This document shows positions 28,113-38,987 of a DNA stretch of 64,000 bases, in pieces; within the stretch, counting starts at the first letter, position 1, and every line of letters begins with the position of its first letter. The stretch covers positions 1,888,001 to 1,952,000 of the forward strand of contig CP147779.1 in the NCBI GenBank assembly GCA_037308085.1, read 5' to 3'. Source of the stretch: Promethearchaeati archaeon SRVP18_Atabeyarchaeia-1. GTDB taxonomy: Archaea > Asgardarchaeota > Atabeyarchaeia > Atabeyarchaeales > Atabeyarchaeaceae. The notes under the pieces were generated by a model. It searched no databases. It was given only the letters and a program-made list of their open reading frames with translations, and was not told the DNA's origin. A program made the translations under genes and the position numbers.

Positions 28113-29558
28113 TCAGGCACCTCCAAATTGTGCTTCACTCAACAAGAGGTGCGGCCCTCCGACTCCAACGGGCAAGTGGTTTTGCCCGAACTTGCCGCAA
28201 CCGGCGAAGTAGCTGCTCCACATGAGAAGCTCTTTCGTCGCGCCTTCGATCTTCTGGAGAAATGAGAGTATGGACCCTGAAAGTGTGACCTCTCGCAGTG
28301 GGTACTTTATCTCGCCCTTCTCGATACGGTAGCCTCTGGCGGCATTGAAGGCGAATGTTCCTTCGTCACTTGCCTGACCACCAGATGTTCCGATAGCGTA
28401 CACGCCATCTTTCAGAAGCTCGAGAGCCTCCTCTAATGTGAGGTCGCCGGGTGCGAAGTAAGTATTCCGCATCCTTACGATTGGCGGATAGTTGTAGTCT
28501 ACTGCCCTTGCGTTACCGGTTAAGTCGGAGCCCATCAACGAGGCAGTCTCTTGACTATGCAAATAGCCTTTCATTATGCCTTTGTCCATTATGACGACTT
28601 TCCGCGTCTCCACTCCCTGGTCATCAACCGGTATCCAAAACCCGTTCTTCCCCAGCTGCTGGGGGGTTCCTTCATCTATAACCGTTGCGTGTTCAGACCC
28701 CAGTCTTTCTCCCAGTTTCCCTGCAAGGGCTGACATTCCGGATGTTATGAAGTCTGCCTCAGTCCAGTGACCGAAGCTCTCGTGCGCTAGAACTCCAGCC
28801 AACATGTTTTCGCAGAGGGCTCTGTGTTTGCCCGCTGGCGCGGGTTTTGCCCCAAGTTTCTCTGCTGCCCACCTGCCGACATTAGCTCCAATAACGTCTG
28901 GCGTGTGGTCTTTTGCTTCAAACCCCTCAAGCCCGAAGCTACCTCCGTACCAATCCATGCTATCGGCGAGCAGACCTTCTCTTTTCGAGACTACCTGGAT
29001 CATGATGTCGATGACTAACGGAAACCATGAACTCTCGTTTCCATTGCTGTCGACGAAACCTTTCTCGCCGTACAGCTCGTTGTACATCGCGTTGATCGAA
29101 ACTATCTCTCTGCCATGATCTTGAGCACCATGAACAGCCCGCATGATGAGGTCCTTCTTAAGTTCGAGGGAGACATCTTTTGGATGTAGCTTAGCGCTGA
29201 GCTTCATCCCGCTTTTCTTGAATTGGGGCGCCTTGATAGATTTCAGTTTTCCTTGAGACGAGAGACTGGCGGCCTTGGCTATTTTCAAAGCCTTGCCGGC
29301 TGCCTCGGCCGTAGCGTTCCTTGTAAGGTCCACAGTGAAGGAGTAGCCCGCTGAACCTCCGAAGAATGCGGTGATACCAATTCCTGACCTTCGCAGTGTC
29401 TTAACGTCCCTGATAGTATTGTTCTCTGCCATAATTGTTCGGATAGATTGCTCATCGAATCTCGCTTGTGCGAGCTCGGCACCGAAGGCCTCTGCGCTTT
29501 TGACGCCATGTTTCAAGAGATCGAACATTCCGACCACCATAGACAATGCACAGATCAA
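28113..29558 (-). CDS. tldD: TldD metalloprotease
   Basis: GVLAHESFGHWTEAD, TGNARA..PIVRMRNTY, CGKFGQ..PVGVGGPH. Confidence 0.92.
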   Translation of the reverse strand: MICALSMVVGMFDLLKHGVKSAEAFGAELAQARFDEQSIRTIMAENNTIRDVKTLRRSGIGITAFFGGSAGYSFTVDLTRNATAEAAGKALKIAKAASLSSQGKLKSIKAPQFKKSGMKLSAKLHPKDVSLELKKDLIMRAVHGAQDHGREIVSINAMYNELYGEKGFVDSNGNESSWFPLVIDIMIQVVSKREGLLADSMDWYGGSFGLEGFEAKDHTPDVIGANVGRWAAEKLGAKPAPAGKHRALCENMLAGVLAHESFGHWTEADFITSGMSALAGKLGERLGSEHATVIDEGTPQQLGKNGFWIPVDDQGVETRKVVIMDKGIMKGYLHSQETASLMGSDLTGNARAVDYNYPPIVRMRNTYFAPGDLTLEEALELLKDGVYAIGTSGGQASDEGTFAFNAARGYRIEKGEIKYPLREVTLSGSILSFLQKIEGATKELLMWSSYFAGCGKFGQNHLPVGVGGPHLLLSEAQFGGA

Positions 29559-29692
29559 CGAAGTACTTAGCGAGTTCGGCTACTAGAGTCGAGGCGATCT
29601 ACCTATCGCCATGAAGTTGCAGGATCAAAATGATGAATGGGATCCGCGAATGCGGACCTCAAATCGGTGGGCAATTGGCTTGCCCACTTTTT

Positions 29693-30466
29693 CTAGTCTG
29701 CTATCTTGCTGAATTCAGTCTTGGCAGCTCCACAGACAGGGCAAACCCAGTCGTCTGGCAGTTTCTCAAAAGGCGTCCCAGGTTTCACGCCTGAATCAGG
29801 GTCGCCTTTCGCTGGGTCATATACGTACCCGCAAACGGAGCACTGGTATCTTGCCATCTTTGCGGGGGCAGCTGAAGCTGACGGCTTGGTTGCTTTGGGA
29901 ACAGGTGCTTTCTTAGACACTTCCTCAACCTCCTCTTTTCTCTGCGATTTTATATATGTTGCAGCGGTTTCAGGGGTGTACCCCTTCTTAACTTGATGGT
30001 AGTAATCATAAGTCATTGGCTCTGCCTCTTCATTGATCATTTGGGCATCAACAACTTTTCCCAGGAAAACCACGTGGGTTCCGCAGTCGAGGCTGCCTGT
30101 GACCTGCGCCTCGAAATAGCCAACGCCATAATCAAGAACTATTGGCGCGCCAGTCACCCCAGTTTTGTGCTTAACGTTCTTGAACTTGTCTATGTCCCTG
30201 CCTGACTTGAAGCCAAAGGTTCCAATGAAAGTCATTGGGGTTTCTGTAGAGAGAATAGTGGCAGCGTACACCTTGCTAGCTTGAATGTAGCTGTAAGTCA
30301 GGTTCTTCTTATTGATGCTTCCAACGATCTCGGGAGGGTCACCAGTGACTTGGAAGATCGTGTTGCAGATCTGCCCATTTATCTTCTTGTCCATTGTTGA
30401 AGAGACCACGAACATTCCGCAACAGATCTTCCGAAAAGCATCAGTATTCATGGTGTTGAGCCTCAT
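29693..30466 (-). CDS. Flavin reductase-like domain fused to rubredoxin (high-molecular-weight rubredoxin type)
   Basis: [21 protein letters not shown]-terminal [10 protein letters not shown]...[12 protein letters not shown]. Confidence 0.9.
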   Translation of the reverse strand: MRLNTMNTDAFRKICCGMFVVSSTMDKKINGQICNTIFQVTGDPPEIVGSINKKNLTYSYIQASKVYAATILSTETPMTFIGTFGFKSGRDIDKFKNVKHKTGVTGAPIVLDYGVGYFEAQVTGSLDCGTHVVFLGKVVDAQMINEEAEPMTYDYYHQVKKGYTPETAATYIKSQRKEEVEEVSKKAPVPKATKPSASAAPAKMARYQCSVCGYVYDPAKGDPDSGVKPGTPFEKLPDDWVCPVCGAAKTEFSKIAD

Positions 30467-30858
30467 GAATGGAATGTTGCCAAGGGTGAGTTTGCGCGCA
30501 CAGCTAATTAACTTTTACCTTCGCTTTTTGTCAACAGCAAAAAGCCCTTCATGCCGCCTCAACTCCTCCAGGACCGTCTGAGCCAGGGCCTTGAGTGCCA
30601 TAGGAATGGCGTAGGCGATGGCACTGACTCCAAGGATGGCGATTAACACTGCGCGTTTTGATGTTCCCTGCTTTTGGGATAGCGGTGTCTTTACGTATTC
30701 AGTTTCACTTATGGTCGAGTGTTTGCCGTGCCTTCCTGCTGAACCATTTGTCGAAAGTCTTAAGTACAACCTTCTTGATAGCCCTGAACCAGTGCAGCTT
30801 ACAGGAGGAGGAACGAAGGAGGGCAACACTTGGCTTGACGCCAAGGACTAAGCTTACA

Positions 30859-33153
30859 CTTGCTCGGGCGCGAAAGAGAGAAGATCACATCACATGGGTC
30901 GATGCCGTCTGCCTAGCAGTCATCTTCATCTTCGTAGTTCCATCGGCTCTTCAACCAGCTCTTACGGGGGCAGGATTCGGCCAACGCGGCACACCACCAA
31001 ACACTGATTCAAATACTGGCCGCGTGAGCCAGCATTCATCCGGCTGCGTCGGGTACGCTCGCAGCAGTGACTGGGAAGAATGGAGCTACGGCAATGGAAC
31101 CCGCTTGAGGAACATATAACCGGCTGGGCGCTACGTCTTCAACACATGGAACAGCTCATGGTGTGACTGGCTCTTCACGCGTAACAGCAGTGGCTGCTTC
31201 GCGGCGACATCAAGGGTTTGGGCATGCATAGACGACTACGGCGCAACCTTCTACTCACAAGATTTTGCGCTGCAGGTTGGAAGAGCTGAAGTAGGGATGT
31301 CCTCATGTCCACATCTTGGAGGTGCCCGCCCCCTTTTGGAGGAGAACTCCACAGGCGCCTTTGTAACGCAAGTCTTCGAACCCTCAGACGCCTCCGAAAT
31401 GAAGGTCAGCGTCACTTATAGCTTCCTCCCTGGATCGCCGCTCAAAGTCGGATTCCTTGTTGAGTGGTTGGGCGGCGAGACTGCGGAGGATGTTCAGCTC
31501 ACCTGGAGGATCTCCAGCATCAACGGAGACTACTACACGTACGCCGGCGCACTTGTGCAGATGCAAACCGAGTCGCCCAGTACCGAGATCCTTCTAAAGC
31601 CATCGACAGGCAAAGCGGGCGATTCCTCGATCGGCTTCTACCACGCAGGCAAGGAGATCACGCGCGAAGGGTACGCAGCGAACCAGTCGGGCTGCCTGGC
31701 AATGAAGGTTGATTGGGGAGACGCGGGGCTGGCTGTGGCAAGGGCGGCACTGGATCCAGCAGGCAAGGTCCTCACCCTCACCTTCGGCAACTTCACGCTA
31801 AGCAGATCAAGAAGCATATGTGTAGACCCTACAATCACCACTAAGGATGACTTGGATGATGCCAGCGTGGCAGAAGAAGCCCCTCATGATAACTTCGGCT
31901 CGTCGGAAGTCATCCAGACAAGGCTTTACAAGGAGGAGAATGGCACCATCTTCAGGTATCGATTCTACATCAAGTTCTCCCTTGTGAGCCTGCCCGCCGG
32001 CGCATCAATATCCTCAGCGAAGATCTACCTGTACCTATACTTGTCCTCGAGCCAGTGGAGGTACATCGGCGCCCACTACGCCGCCGACAACAGCTGGACT
32101 GAGGAGGACATAACGTGGCAGACAAGACCAGATTTCACCGCATCCGCTACCGCCGTGACCTGGGTCTCGACCGGTGCCGGCTGGTTCTCCTGGAGCGTCA
32201 CGGCGGACGCCAGGCAGGGGTTCCTCAGCAACCAGAAGAGGGTCTTTAGCGAGTGCTTCAAGGACGAGTACGAGACGAGCGGCGTGCCAACGGTTCCGAG
32301 CAACATCCGCAAGATCTTCTACAGCAAGGAGGCTACCGCCTCTAATGGGACCTTGCACCCGTACCTCCAGGTGGCCTACACGCTCAAGGCATTCGCCGTC
32401 CTCGTCGCCTCAGGCTGGGACAGGGCGAATAACAAGGGGCGGTACTATAATGATATTATGTTCATGTACGACACGCTGAAAGACAACTACAACTACACGG
32501 ATTCCCAGATCTACGTTCTCTACTGCGATGGCTGCATGCCGACCACGGATACCCTCACCCAAGAGGAATACGATCTCACCATCAAGAATCACGAGAACGT
32601 GATAGACTTCCCTGCGACCCCAGCAAGCATGCAGTATGTCTTCACCAGCATAGCGGGCGCGTCTGACAGCGAGACCTTCATCTTCGTCTTCATGGCGGGA
32701 CACGGCGACCGGAACAATACTCTTGCACACTCCTACTTCTGCGCGTGGGGCGCGGACATCAGCGACCAGGACTTCAACGGGTCAAATTACCTTGGCAAGA
32801 TCACATCCTATAGCCTGGAGCTGATCGTCATGGGGCAGTGCTACAGTGGAGGATTCATAAACTGGATCAGTAACAGCAAGAGAGTAATATACGCGGCGTG
32901 CAGTTCCAGCGAGACATCTTGGCCGCATGATGGCAACAAGTATGACGAGTTCCTATATTACTTCGTCAGCGCTCTACACGGAGAAACGCCGGACGGCAAA
33001 TCAGTCAATGCAGACAAACCCGAACAAGAACTTACGCCCGGGACCGTCGTGCTATACGAGGTTTACAAATACGCTGACGAAATGGATACTATCGAAACCC
33101 AAAAGAATTATCCCTCTTCGGGTTATCAGATTGACTGGTACACCACGCTGTAG
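30859..33153 (+). pseudogene. Secreted DNRLRE/CBM96-like + C13 (legumain-like) peptidase interrupted by an in-frame TAA
   Basis: Hydrophobic signal segment in ORF 30658..31119 is in frame with 31297..33153, with only TAA 31117-31119 between; DASV...NFG...YIKFSL...SWTE..ITW (DNRLRE-like), MAGHG and GQCYSGGF (C13 dyad); start approximate. Confidence 0.7.
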
Positions 33154-33397
33154 CCTACTCGGGGGCGGAGACGACTGTCGGCAGCGTCGATTGCGAGAAA
33201 AGATCCATACCTCTATCTCGCCATGCTTGAAGTGAAACATGATGCTGGCCACTGTGTATCCGGTCCGGGTGGGTTTCTAGATGGCCGTTGCTCCAAGCGA
33301 TTCCTGGTCTGAGTAGAGCTGCCTGAGGGGACTGCTGGGCTCTACGTGTGGAAGTGATACTCAATCGTCCAAAATCTCTCCTGTGGAAAATCGTTAA

Positions 33398-34399
33398 ATG
33401 ACCGATCATACTCATTTCTGGTCATTGCTGTGCCGGGCGGGTGTAAAGAATATGAGGTCAGAAAGAAAGAATCTGCTTGTTGTCTTTCTCTTGCTGGGAA
33501 TCGTCTGCGGATGCTTGGTGGCCGCTGTGCCCACCGCCTCCGCTCTGGCGTCTCCCACCTACAATCTCGAAGTCAGTGTAGGTGACTATGCTACATACAA
33601 CGTCGATCAGCAGAACTTGACATCTTTTGGGCATCTGGATTTTCGCCAAGGTGACAGAATGCGAGTTTACCTAGCGGAAAAGTATGTGATCCGAATATCT
33701 GACAAGTTGAACAATGAGATCCTCGGCTACGAAATGCCCCGCTTAGATATATACGTCAACGATACATGGTCAGGGTGGGACTCAGGCCACTTGCAGGACA
33801 TCTTTAAGCTTTCCGAGGTTTTCTACGGCATTACTCCGGGCCCCTTCTTCTTCCCTGTGGGCCCGGGAAGACTTTGGAATGCTATTGAAGACTACTTTCC
33901 GCCGCTACAGGTCACTGCTTCCGGCAACCAGCTCACCCTAGTCTACGAGAACTTCGCCCACTGGGACCAAGATGGTGGCGCGACCAACTACTGGTACGAA
34001 TGTACGAAGGTATTGATTGATGCCGGCACTGGCGTGGCGCTCAGGCTCGAATACTCGAAGGATGTCAACGGCGACGTGGAGTCGGTCGTCCTTTCCCTGG
34101 TCGAGACCAATATCTCATCTCTTCCGGTACTTGCCGTGCTTCTCCAGTACTGGTACATCGTGTTCCCACCGATCCTAGTCTTGTCGGCTGTGCTTGTATA
34201 CGCGTCGAGGAGTAGGAGCAGGGTCAGGGGGCATAGGAAGGAGGAGATCTTGGGCAGGCTCAGCGACGAGAAGCTCCTCAAGCTGGCGAGGACCGTGCTT
34301 GGGGAGAAGGCGGGCGCGAGAATGGGGAGAGCGAACCTGGTGGAGACGGTGAAGAACTCCCTCAGCCTCGAAGAGATCAAGAGAAGAATCCGCGACTAG
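33398..34399 (+). CDS. Secreted, C-terminally membrane-anchored hypothetical protein with cytoplasmic tail
   Basis: Signal peptide, beta-rich ectodomain, TM YWYIVFPPILVLSAVLVY, basic helical tail. Confidence 0.7.
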   Translation: MTDHTHFWSLLCRAGVKNMRSERKNLLVVFLLLGIVCGCLVAAVPTASALASPTYNLEVSVGDYATYNVDQQNLTSFGHLDFRQGDRMRVYLAEKYVIRISDKLNNEILGYEMPRLDIYVNDTWSGWDSGHLQDIFKLSEVFYGITPGPFFFPVGPGRLWNAIEDYFPPLQVTASGNQLTLVYENFAHWDQDGGATNYWYECTKVLIDAGTGVALRLEYSKDVNGDVESVVLSLVETNISSLPVLAVLLQYWYIVFPPILVLSAVLVYASRSRSRVRGHRKEEILGRLSDEKLLKLARTVLGEKAGARMGRANLVETVKNSLSLEEIKRRIRD

Positions 34400-34788
34400 A
34401 CGACCATTGGGTCCGCAGAAACGTGAACAACCAGAACCCCACAATACACCTAGCGGGTGCTAGTAGAACCAAGAAGAAGAGGGTTGAGGCTTTTAGAACC
34501 TAACACGTTGAAAGCCAAGTATTATTAGTAGCTTCATAAAAAAAGAGGGTAGTTGGCATTTTACTGTTCACAGTTTCGCACACCAAAAAAGCATTTGCCT
34601 TAGCGAAATGTTAACGGAAAACGGCGCTTCCGATAATTGAATCGGCTTGAGGTTTCCAAGCTTCACTCGTTGCGGCCTTACGGAGCTCTTTGGAATCGCA
34701 GCCTCCTATTCCCTAGGCGATTCCCCCAAGGTAGGTGAAACCTTAAATAGCGTTGGTCTAAGCTTTCAGTGTTGAGGAGAAGGTCACT

Positions 34789-35313
34789 TTGAACGAGAAA
34801 ATCGAGGATGTCGTACTAGTAACTCAGGCTGATCTCTTGAGGGAATTGGCCAATTTTGAGAAGGAATTGAAGCAGAAACTTTCAAGCCTGCAGATAGATG
34901 TTGAGGACGCATTGGAACTGTATCTTGCAAAGCGGGATGAGATCGAAGATCTCATAGAGCATGGCAGAAGGCTAAACGGCAAGTACCGGGTAAAGCTCTT
35001 TGATGAATCTCTTGAAGGGCTCCGTGAAGTCGGGGCTGGAGTCATACAGAAAGCTCGACTCGATCTTCCCAGATTGAAGGATCAAGAGCTGCTGGCTGAG
35101 TGCTCAAAGGATCTGCATGACATAAGCAAGGAAGCGGGAGGCGTTTTAAGCGGTCTGACTCGGTCACTGGGCAAGGTGGGAAGTGGAAGTAAGGAGGCAG
35201 GGCTCCAGGCCTCATATCTTCAGGCAATGACCAAGCTGTTGGCGGTTCTGGCTAGGCAGAATCAAGTGGTCATCAACATTCTCCAGGTAATCAAGGCCCA
35301 GGCTGAAACCTAG
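34789..35313 (+). CDS. Helical/coiled-coil hypothetical protein
   Basis: 174 aa; TATA-like CTTAAATA and GAGGAG upstream. Confidence 0.65.
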   Translation: MNEKIEDVVLVTQADLLRELANFEKELKQKLSSLQIDVEDALELYLAKRDEIEDLIEHGRRLNGKYRVKLFDESLEGLREVGAGVIQKARLDLPRLKDQELLAECSKDLHDISKEAGGVLSGLTRSLGKVGSGSKEAGLQASYLQAMTKLLAVLARQNQVVINILQVIKAQAET

Positions 35314-35410
35314 TTACCCAATCTCGCGTGCATATGGGTTGCCGCTGGCAGCATATCAACTATGCGGGAATTCCGACAAGAGGTTCCATGTTCCAGGGGA
35401 CGACCCTGCT

Positions 35411-36043
35411 CTAGGGCTCCTCACCCACGGTGACGTGTCTCTTCAGTCTTCCCAGAAAGCAGTAGTGGTTGGTAGAGTCGACCCAAATGCGTTCAATGAT
35501 GAAGTTGCTGAATTCCTTCCTCAATGAAGCTTTGTTGAAGAGGTAGTGGATTAGACCCTTATCTGGTCCTCCAGTTGGGACAACCGTGCTTGGCGCAATT
35601 TTCTTATGCGTTCTTTGGCTGGATTTCAGGACCGTCACGAAGAGCAACCCTGAGGGTCTCAGCACCCTCTCCACTTCTTTGATGAGTTTTCGGATGTTCG
35701 CAATCACTGAGTGATGCATGACTTGCACGCTGACTATGGCATCGAAGAAATCGTCGGGGTAAGGAAGCCTGTCGTAGATGTTTCCTATCCTCAGATCGGC
35801 CTTGAGAGCTTTTTCCTCTAGCCAGGATCTCGTGAGGCGCAGCCCTTCTTGGGCAATGTCAATTCCCTGCACTTCGAAACCTTTCGCAGCAAGATACACC
35901 GTGTGCCTCCCGGATCCAAACCCCAAGTCCAGGATTCTTCTTACTCCATGTTTCTTGAAGAAGTCTGAAATCTTCGGAATGTCTTCTTGGACTTCGGTGA
36001 ATATCTTCCCCTCTCTTTTGAATGCTTCATTCCATTTTTGCAT
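35411..36043 (-). CDS. Class I SAM-dependent methyltransferase
   Basis: ILDLGFGSGRH, GIDIA, FFDAIVS, RVLRPSG. Confidence 0.9.
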   Translation of the reverse strand: MQKWNEAFKREGKIFTEVQEDIPKISDFFKKHGVRRILDLGFGSGRHTVYLAAKGFEVQGIDIAQEGLRLTRSWLEEKALKADLRIGNIYDRLPYPDDFFDAIVSVQVMHHSVIANIRKLIKEVERVLRPSGLLFVTVLKSSQRTHKKIAPSTVVPTGGPDKGLIHYLFNKASLRKEFSNFIIERIWVDSTNHYCFLGRLKRHVTVGEEP

Positions 36044-36158
36044 GGTAGGAGAGACCTCCAGAGAGTTGCGAGCAAGAGACTCTGGCCCTCGACCGTGGGA
36101 TCCTATAGACGCGACTGGCGACGCCTCACTTGGGTCTTGAGCCTGAAACCAGGTCAAG

Positions 36159-36782
36159 TCATCCCCATTTTTCCAGAAACTTCTCTGCCTTCTTTCTCGT
36201 GGCGGGGCGAGCGTTCTTAAGCTCTGACCTAACGAAATCAAGAACCTTCTTCTTATCTCTCAGACTGCCAAAATACTGGTCGAAGGTTGATATTAGGTGC
36301 CCCTTGAGGACATTCTTGCATTCCGATCCGTGGTGAGTCTGGTCTATACCAAGTAGTTTACTCGTAATTCTGGTCTGCAATTGTGGCTTTGATTTGGCGA
36401 TGTTCGCCGACGCGCCCACCAAGTTCGCAGCGGTGATCATGCTTTCATCATCAAGCAGCTCGTAGAGCCTGTCAAAGATGGGCTCGATCTTGTTTTCGGA
36501 ATCAACCCTCGCGAGGTGCCCCAAGATGAAAACCGCATCTGACTTGAGAAAAGTGTTTCCGCTGCTAAGCATGCTGGCAAAGAAGTCCCATTTTGGGTAG
36601 AGTGTCTGAGGGCTCAGCTCTCCAATAATCCTAAGCACTTTGGCACAACCGTACTTCATCCTTGCCTTGTCGGACGAAAGACCTTTGACTACCTCGGCGA
36701 GTGTATCCTGATCCTTCAATGCCCTGTCAGCTATCCCTTCAAAGTCAGAACCCTTCTTCTCCAGTTCAGACAACAAGTCCAA
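36159..36782 (-). CDS. HEAT/ARM-repeat hypothetical protein
   Basis: KYGCAKVL...LYPKWDFF, ITAAN..GA..NIAKSKP; TTG start inferred. Confidence 0.75.
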   Translation of the reverse strand: MDLLSELEKKGSDFEGIADRALKDQDTLAEVVKGLSSDKARMKYGCAKVLRIIGELSPQTLYPKWDFFASMLSSGNTFLKSDAVFILGHLARVDSENKIEPIFDRLYELLDDESMITAANLVGASANIAKSKPQLQTRITSKLLGIDQTHHGSECKNVLKGHLISTFDQYFGSLRDKKKVLDFVRSELKNARPATRKKAEKFLEKWG

Positions 36783-37118
36783 GTTATCACGCTCCGCTTC
36801 CGGCTGAGGAGTAGCCCCTAGGATTTTCGCAGGCTGGAGACTGCGCTGTCTCACAGCCCTATTTCGTCTATTTTCTGTTGTATAGCCTTTTTTGTCATCT
36901 TGCTCCGTAGCCGGTCCATGTGCCTTAATCTTGCCGTTGATTGGGGTGCCGGTGGTCCCATACTTTCTGCCTTGTCTCAACGTATATGTCTCCGACCTAT
37001 TTATCCGATTCCCGAACGATGCCGTAGTCCTCCGCGAAATCATGGGCGGGGTCAAGAAACGCTTAACTCCTGTCAGAGCTTAAGTGATCAATGGGATGCT
37101 GGGTCAGGGTGGGTGCCA

Positions 37119-38045
37119 ATGGAGATTCTGACGTACAGAGATCTCGAATCGAAGGCAGAGATGTTGCCACTCATGGATAGCGCCTTTGATTGGGCTGTCC
37201 ACCCAAAAGGGTTCAAAAAGATGATTGACTCAGATTCAAGGCTAAAGAATGGTCCAGTCGGCTTCTGCGCTGTCGAAAATAATCTCCTAGTTGCCTTTGT
37301 CGGCGTAATGGATCTTAACACCCGCACTCTGGACGGAGGCGTAGAGCATGTCGGAGGGCTGTGGGGGGTTGCTACGCTGCCAACGCATGCAGGAAAAGGA
37401 ATCTCCATGAACTTGATGACAAGGGCGCACCAGTACTTTAGGGAGAAGGGCTACCGCTTCTCCTTCTTGTGCACTAGTCGATATCTTGTCGCGTACGCCA
37501 TGTACCGGAAACTCGGTTACACAGATCTGATAGACTGGCTCGGCGCATACAAGGTTCTTGAGCCGACCAAGACGGGAACTTCTCCGAAGAGAAGGGCGGC
37601 TGGATTTGACTTCAGCAAGCTTCTTAGGATTCATGCCAACTGCTTCGCCGGCAGGTCGGGATTCGTGCTGCGAGACAGAGGTTTCCTAAAGTACGAGAAG
37701 TGGAGCCTAGAAATCGCCGACAAGGAGTGCATTATTGACGGGAATAGTTATGTTATCTTCAAGAACACCGGGACAAAGTATAGAGGAGTAATGATTAGGG
37801 AACTTGTAGCACGGGACGCCGAGGCTACTGGCAACCTGCTCGACCTTATGGAGGCAAGAGCAGAGGGATATGTCTACGACAAGTTCGTTATTGACGAGAC
37901 GCTTCTCAACGTCTATAAGCTGAGGGGATATACGATCCAAGATAGAAGCTACAAGGTGGTTATGGCGAAGCCCCTTGCCGATGACGCATCAAGCAGACAA
38001 ACATATGGCCCGAAGTTTTCCATGACGAGCCTGGACTTGTTCTAG
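37119..38045 (+). CDS. GNAT family N-acetyltransferase (Eis-like)
   Basis: GLWGVATLPTHAGKGIS, AYAMYRKLGY. Confidence 0.85.
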   Translation: MEILTYRDLESKAEMLPLMDSAFDWAVHPKGFKKMIDSDSRLKNGPVGFCAVENNLLVAFVGVMDLNTRTLDGGVEHVGGLWGVATLPTHAGKGISMNLMTRAHQYFREKGYRFSFLCTSRYLVAYAMYRKLGYTDLIDWLGAYKVLEPTKTGTSPKRRAAGFDFSKLLRIHANCFAGRSGFVLRDRGFLKYEKWSLEIADKECIIDGNSYVIFKNTGTKYRGVMIRELVARDAEATGNLLDLMEARAEGYVYDKFVIDETLLNVYKLRGYTIQDRSYKVVMAKPLADDASSRQTYGPKFSMTSLDLF

Positions 38046-38169
38046 AAGTCGATTGCGAGCGCGCCGCGAGCAGCTCCAAGAACATGAATGCCACCATATG
38101 AAAACGATTACCCTAAATAGCGGGAAAAGTATTATACTGGACTCAAAAGAGGAGTGAGGACTGGTCATA

Positions 38170-38757
38170 GTGTGGTGTCCTAATTGTGGAGGTTGGATCT
38201 GGTTTGGCCCGAGCGTCGGTGAGGAGATAGTCTGCAAACACTGCGGTGCAACCTTGGCCCGCAGATTCAGCCTTAGCGGGATATTCGGTGAAATTGAGGT
38301 TGTCGGAGACACTGGTCTAGATAGCGATTATAAACCCCTCTACGCCGATCGCGACAGGGATGACGCAGTAAGCGCTTGGAAGGAGAAACACCGGGCGTTG
38401 GAGCCCCAAGTGAGAGGAGGCATCGAAGAGCGGCGCTGCAGCAACTGCAACAGTGTCATCGCGATTCCAGACGCCATGTTCTGCCCCAACTGTGGCGCAA
38501 GCTTGCAGGCGCGCGCAAAAGGCGCAGCCACAGCAACCAAAGAGGTGAAGACAGCTCCGTCAAAGCGCACATCTCCGAAGGGGCAGGAGCTAGAAGACTG
38601 CACGGTATGCGGTCTCGAGCTTAAACCAAGCGATGATGTTGTTTGGTGCCCTCACTGCGGCAGATTGGCACACAGAAACCACCTTACCGAGTGGGTCCGA
38701 ACAAAGAAGTCGTGTCCATCCTGCGGGGAAAGCCTAGACGAAAACTACTATAGATAA
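38170..38757 (+). CDS. Multi Zn-ribbon protein with C-terminal RING-like finger
   Basis: CPNC..CKHC, CSNC..CPNC, then CTVC-x12-CPHC-x4-H-x2-H-..EW..-CPSC. Confidence 0.8.
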   Translation: MWCPNCGGWIWFGPSVGEEIVCKHCGATLARRFSLSGIFGEIEVVGDTGLDSDYKPLYADRDRDDAVSAWKEKHRALEPQVRGGIEERRCSNCNSVIAIPDAMFCPNCGASLQARAKGAATATKEVKTAPSKRTSPKGQELEDCTVCGLELKPSDDVVWCPHCGRLAHRNHLTEWVRTKKSCPSCGESLDENYYR

Positions 38758-38987
38758 TGAGCTGGGGTGGATCCTGCGCTCCCGGAACGGTCCTATCTAA
38801 GCCGCTAGCAGAGCCTACGAACTATTTCTGCAAATAAATATCTTTGCGCATCAGTTGGCTCGTTTATCGTCAATTGGTTTTTCTGGGGCTTAATATAGCG
38901 TGACTTCGTAAGTACATGTTGACGAGGATTAGGCACATCATGTGAGTGCAGGAAGCAGGCAAGCGACTTACTTGAGGGCTGAGAAGA

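Noticed and set aside
26734-29558. TldD/PmbA as the maturation protease for the 14069 peptide
   Set aside because: A widespread housekeeping pair 12 kb away and outside the island; no linkage evidence
6590-31119. Stop-codon recoding (Pyl/Sec/alternative code) to explain in-frame stops at 6590, 17064, 17109 and 31117
   Set aside because: The stops are of all three types (TGA, TAG, TAA), fall in accessory genes, two sit at likely Trp positions, and TAG/TGA end many normal genes here; pseudogenisation or sequence error is simpler
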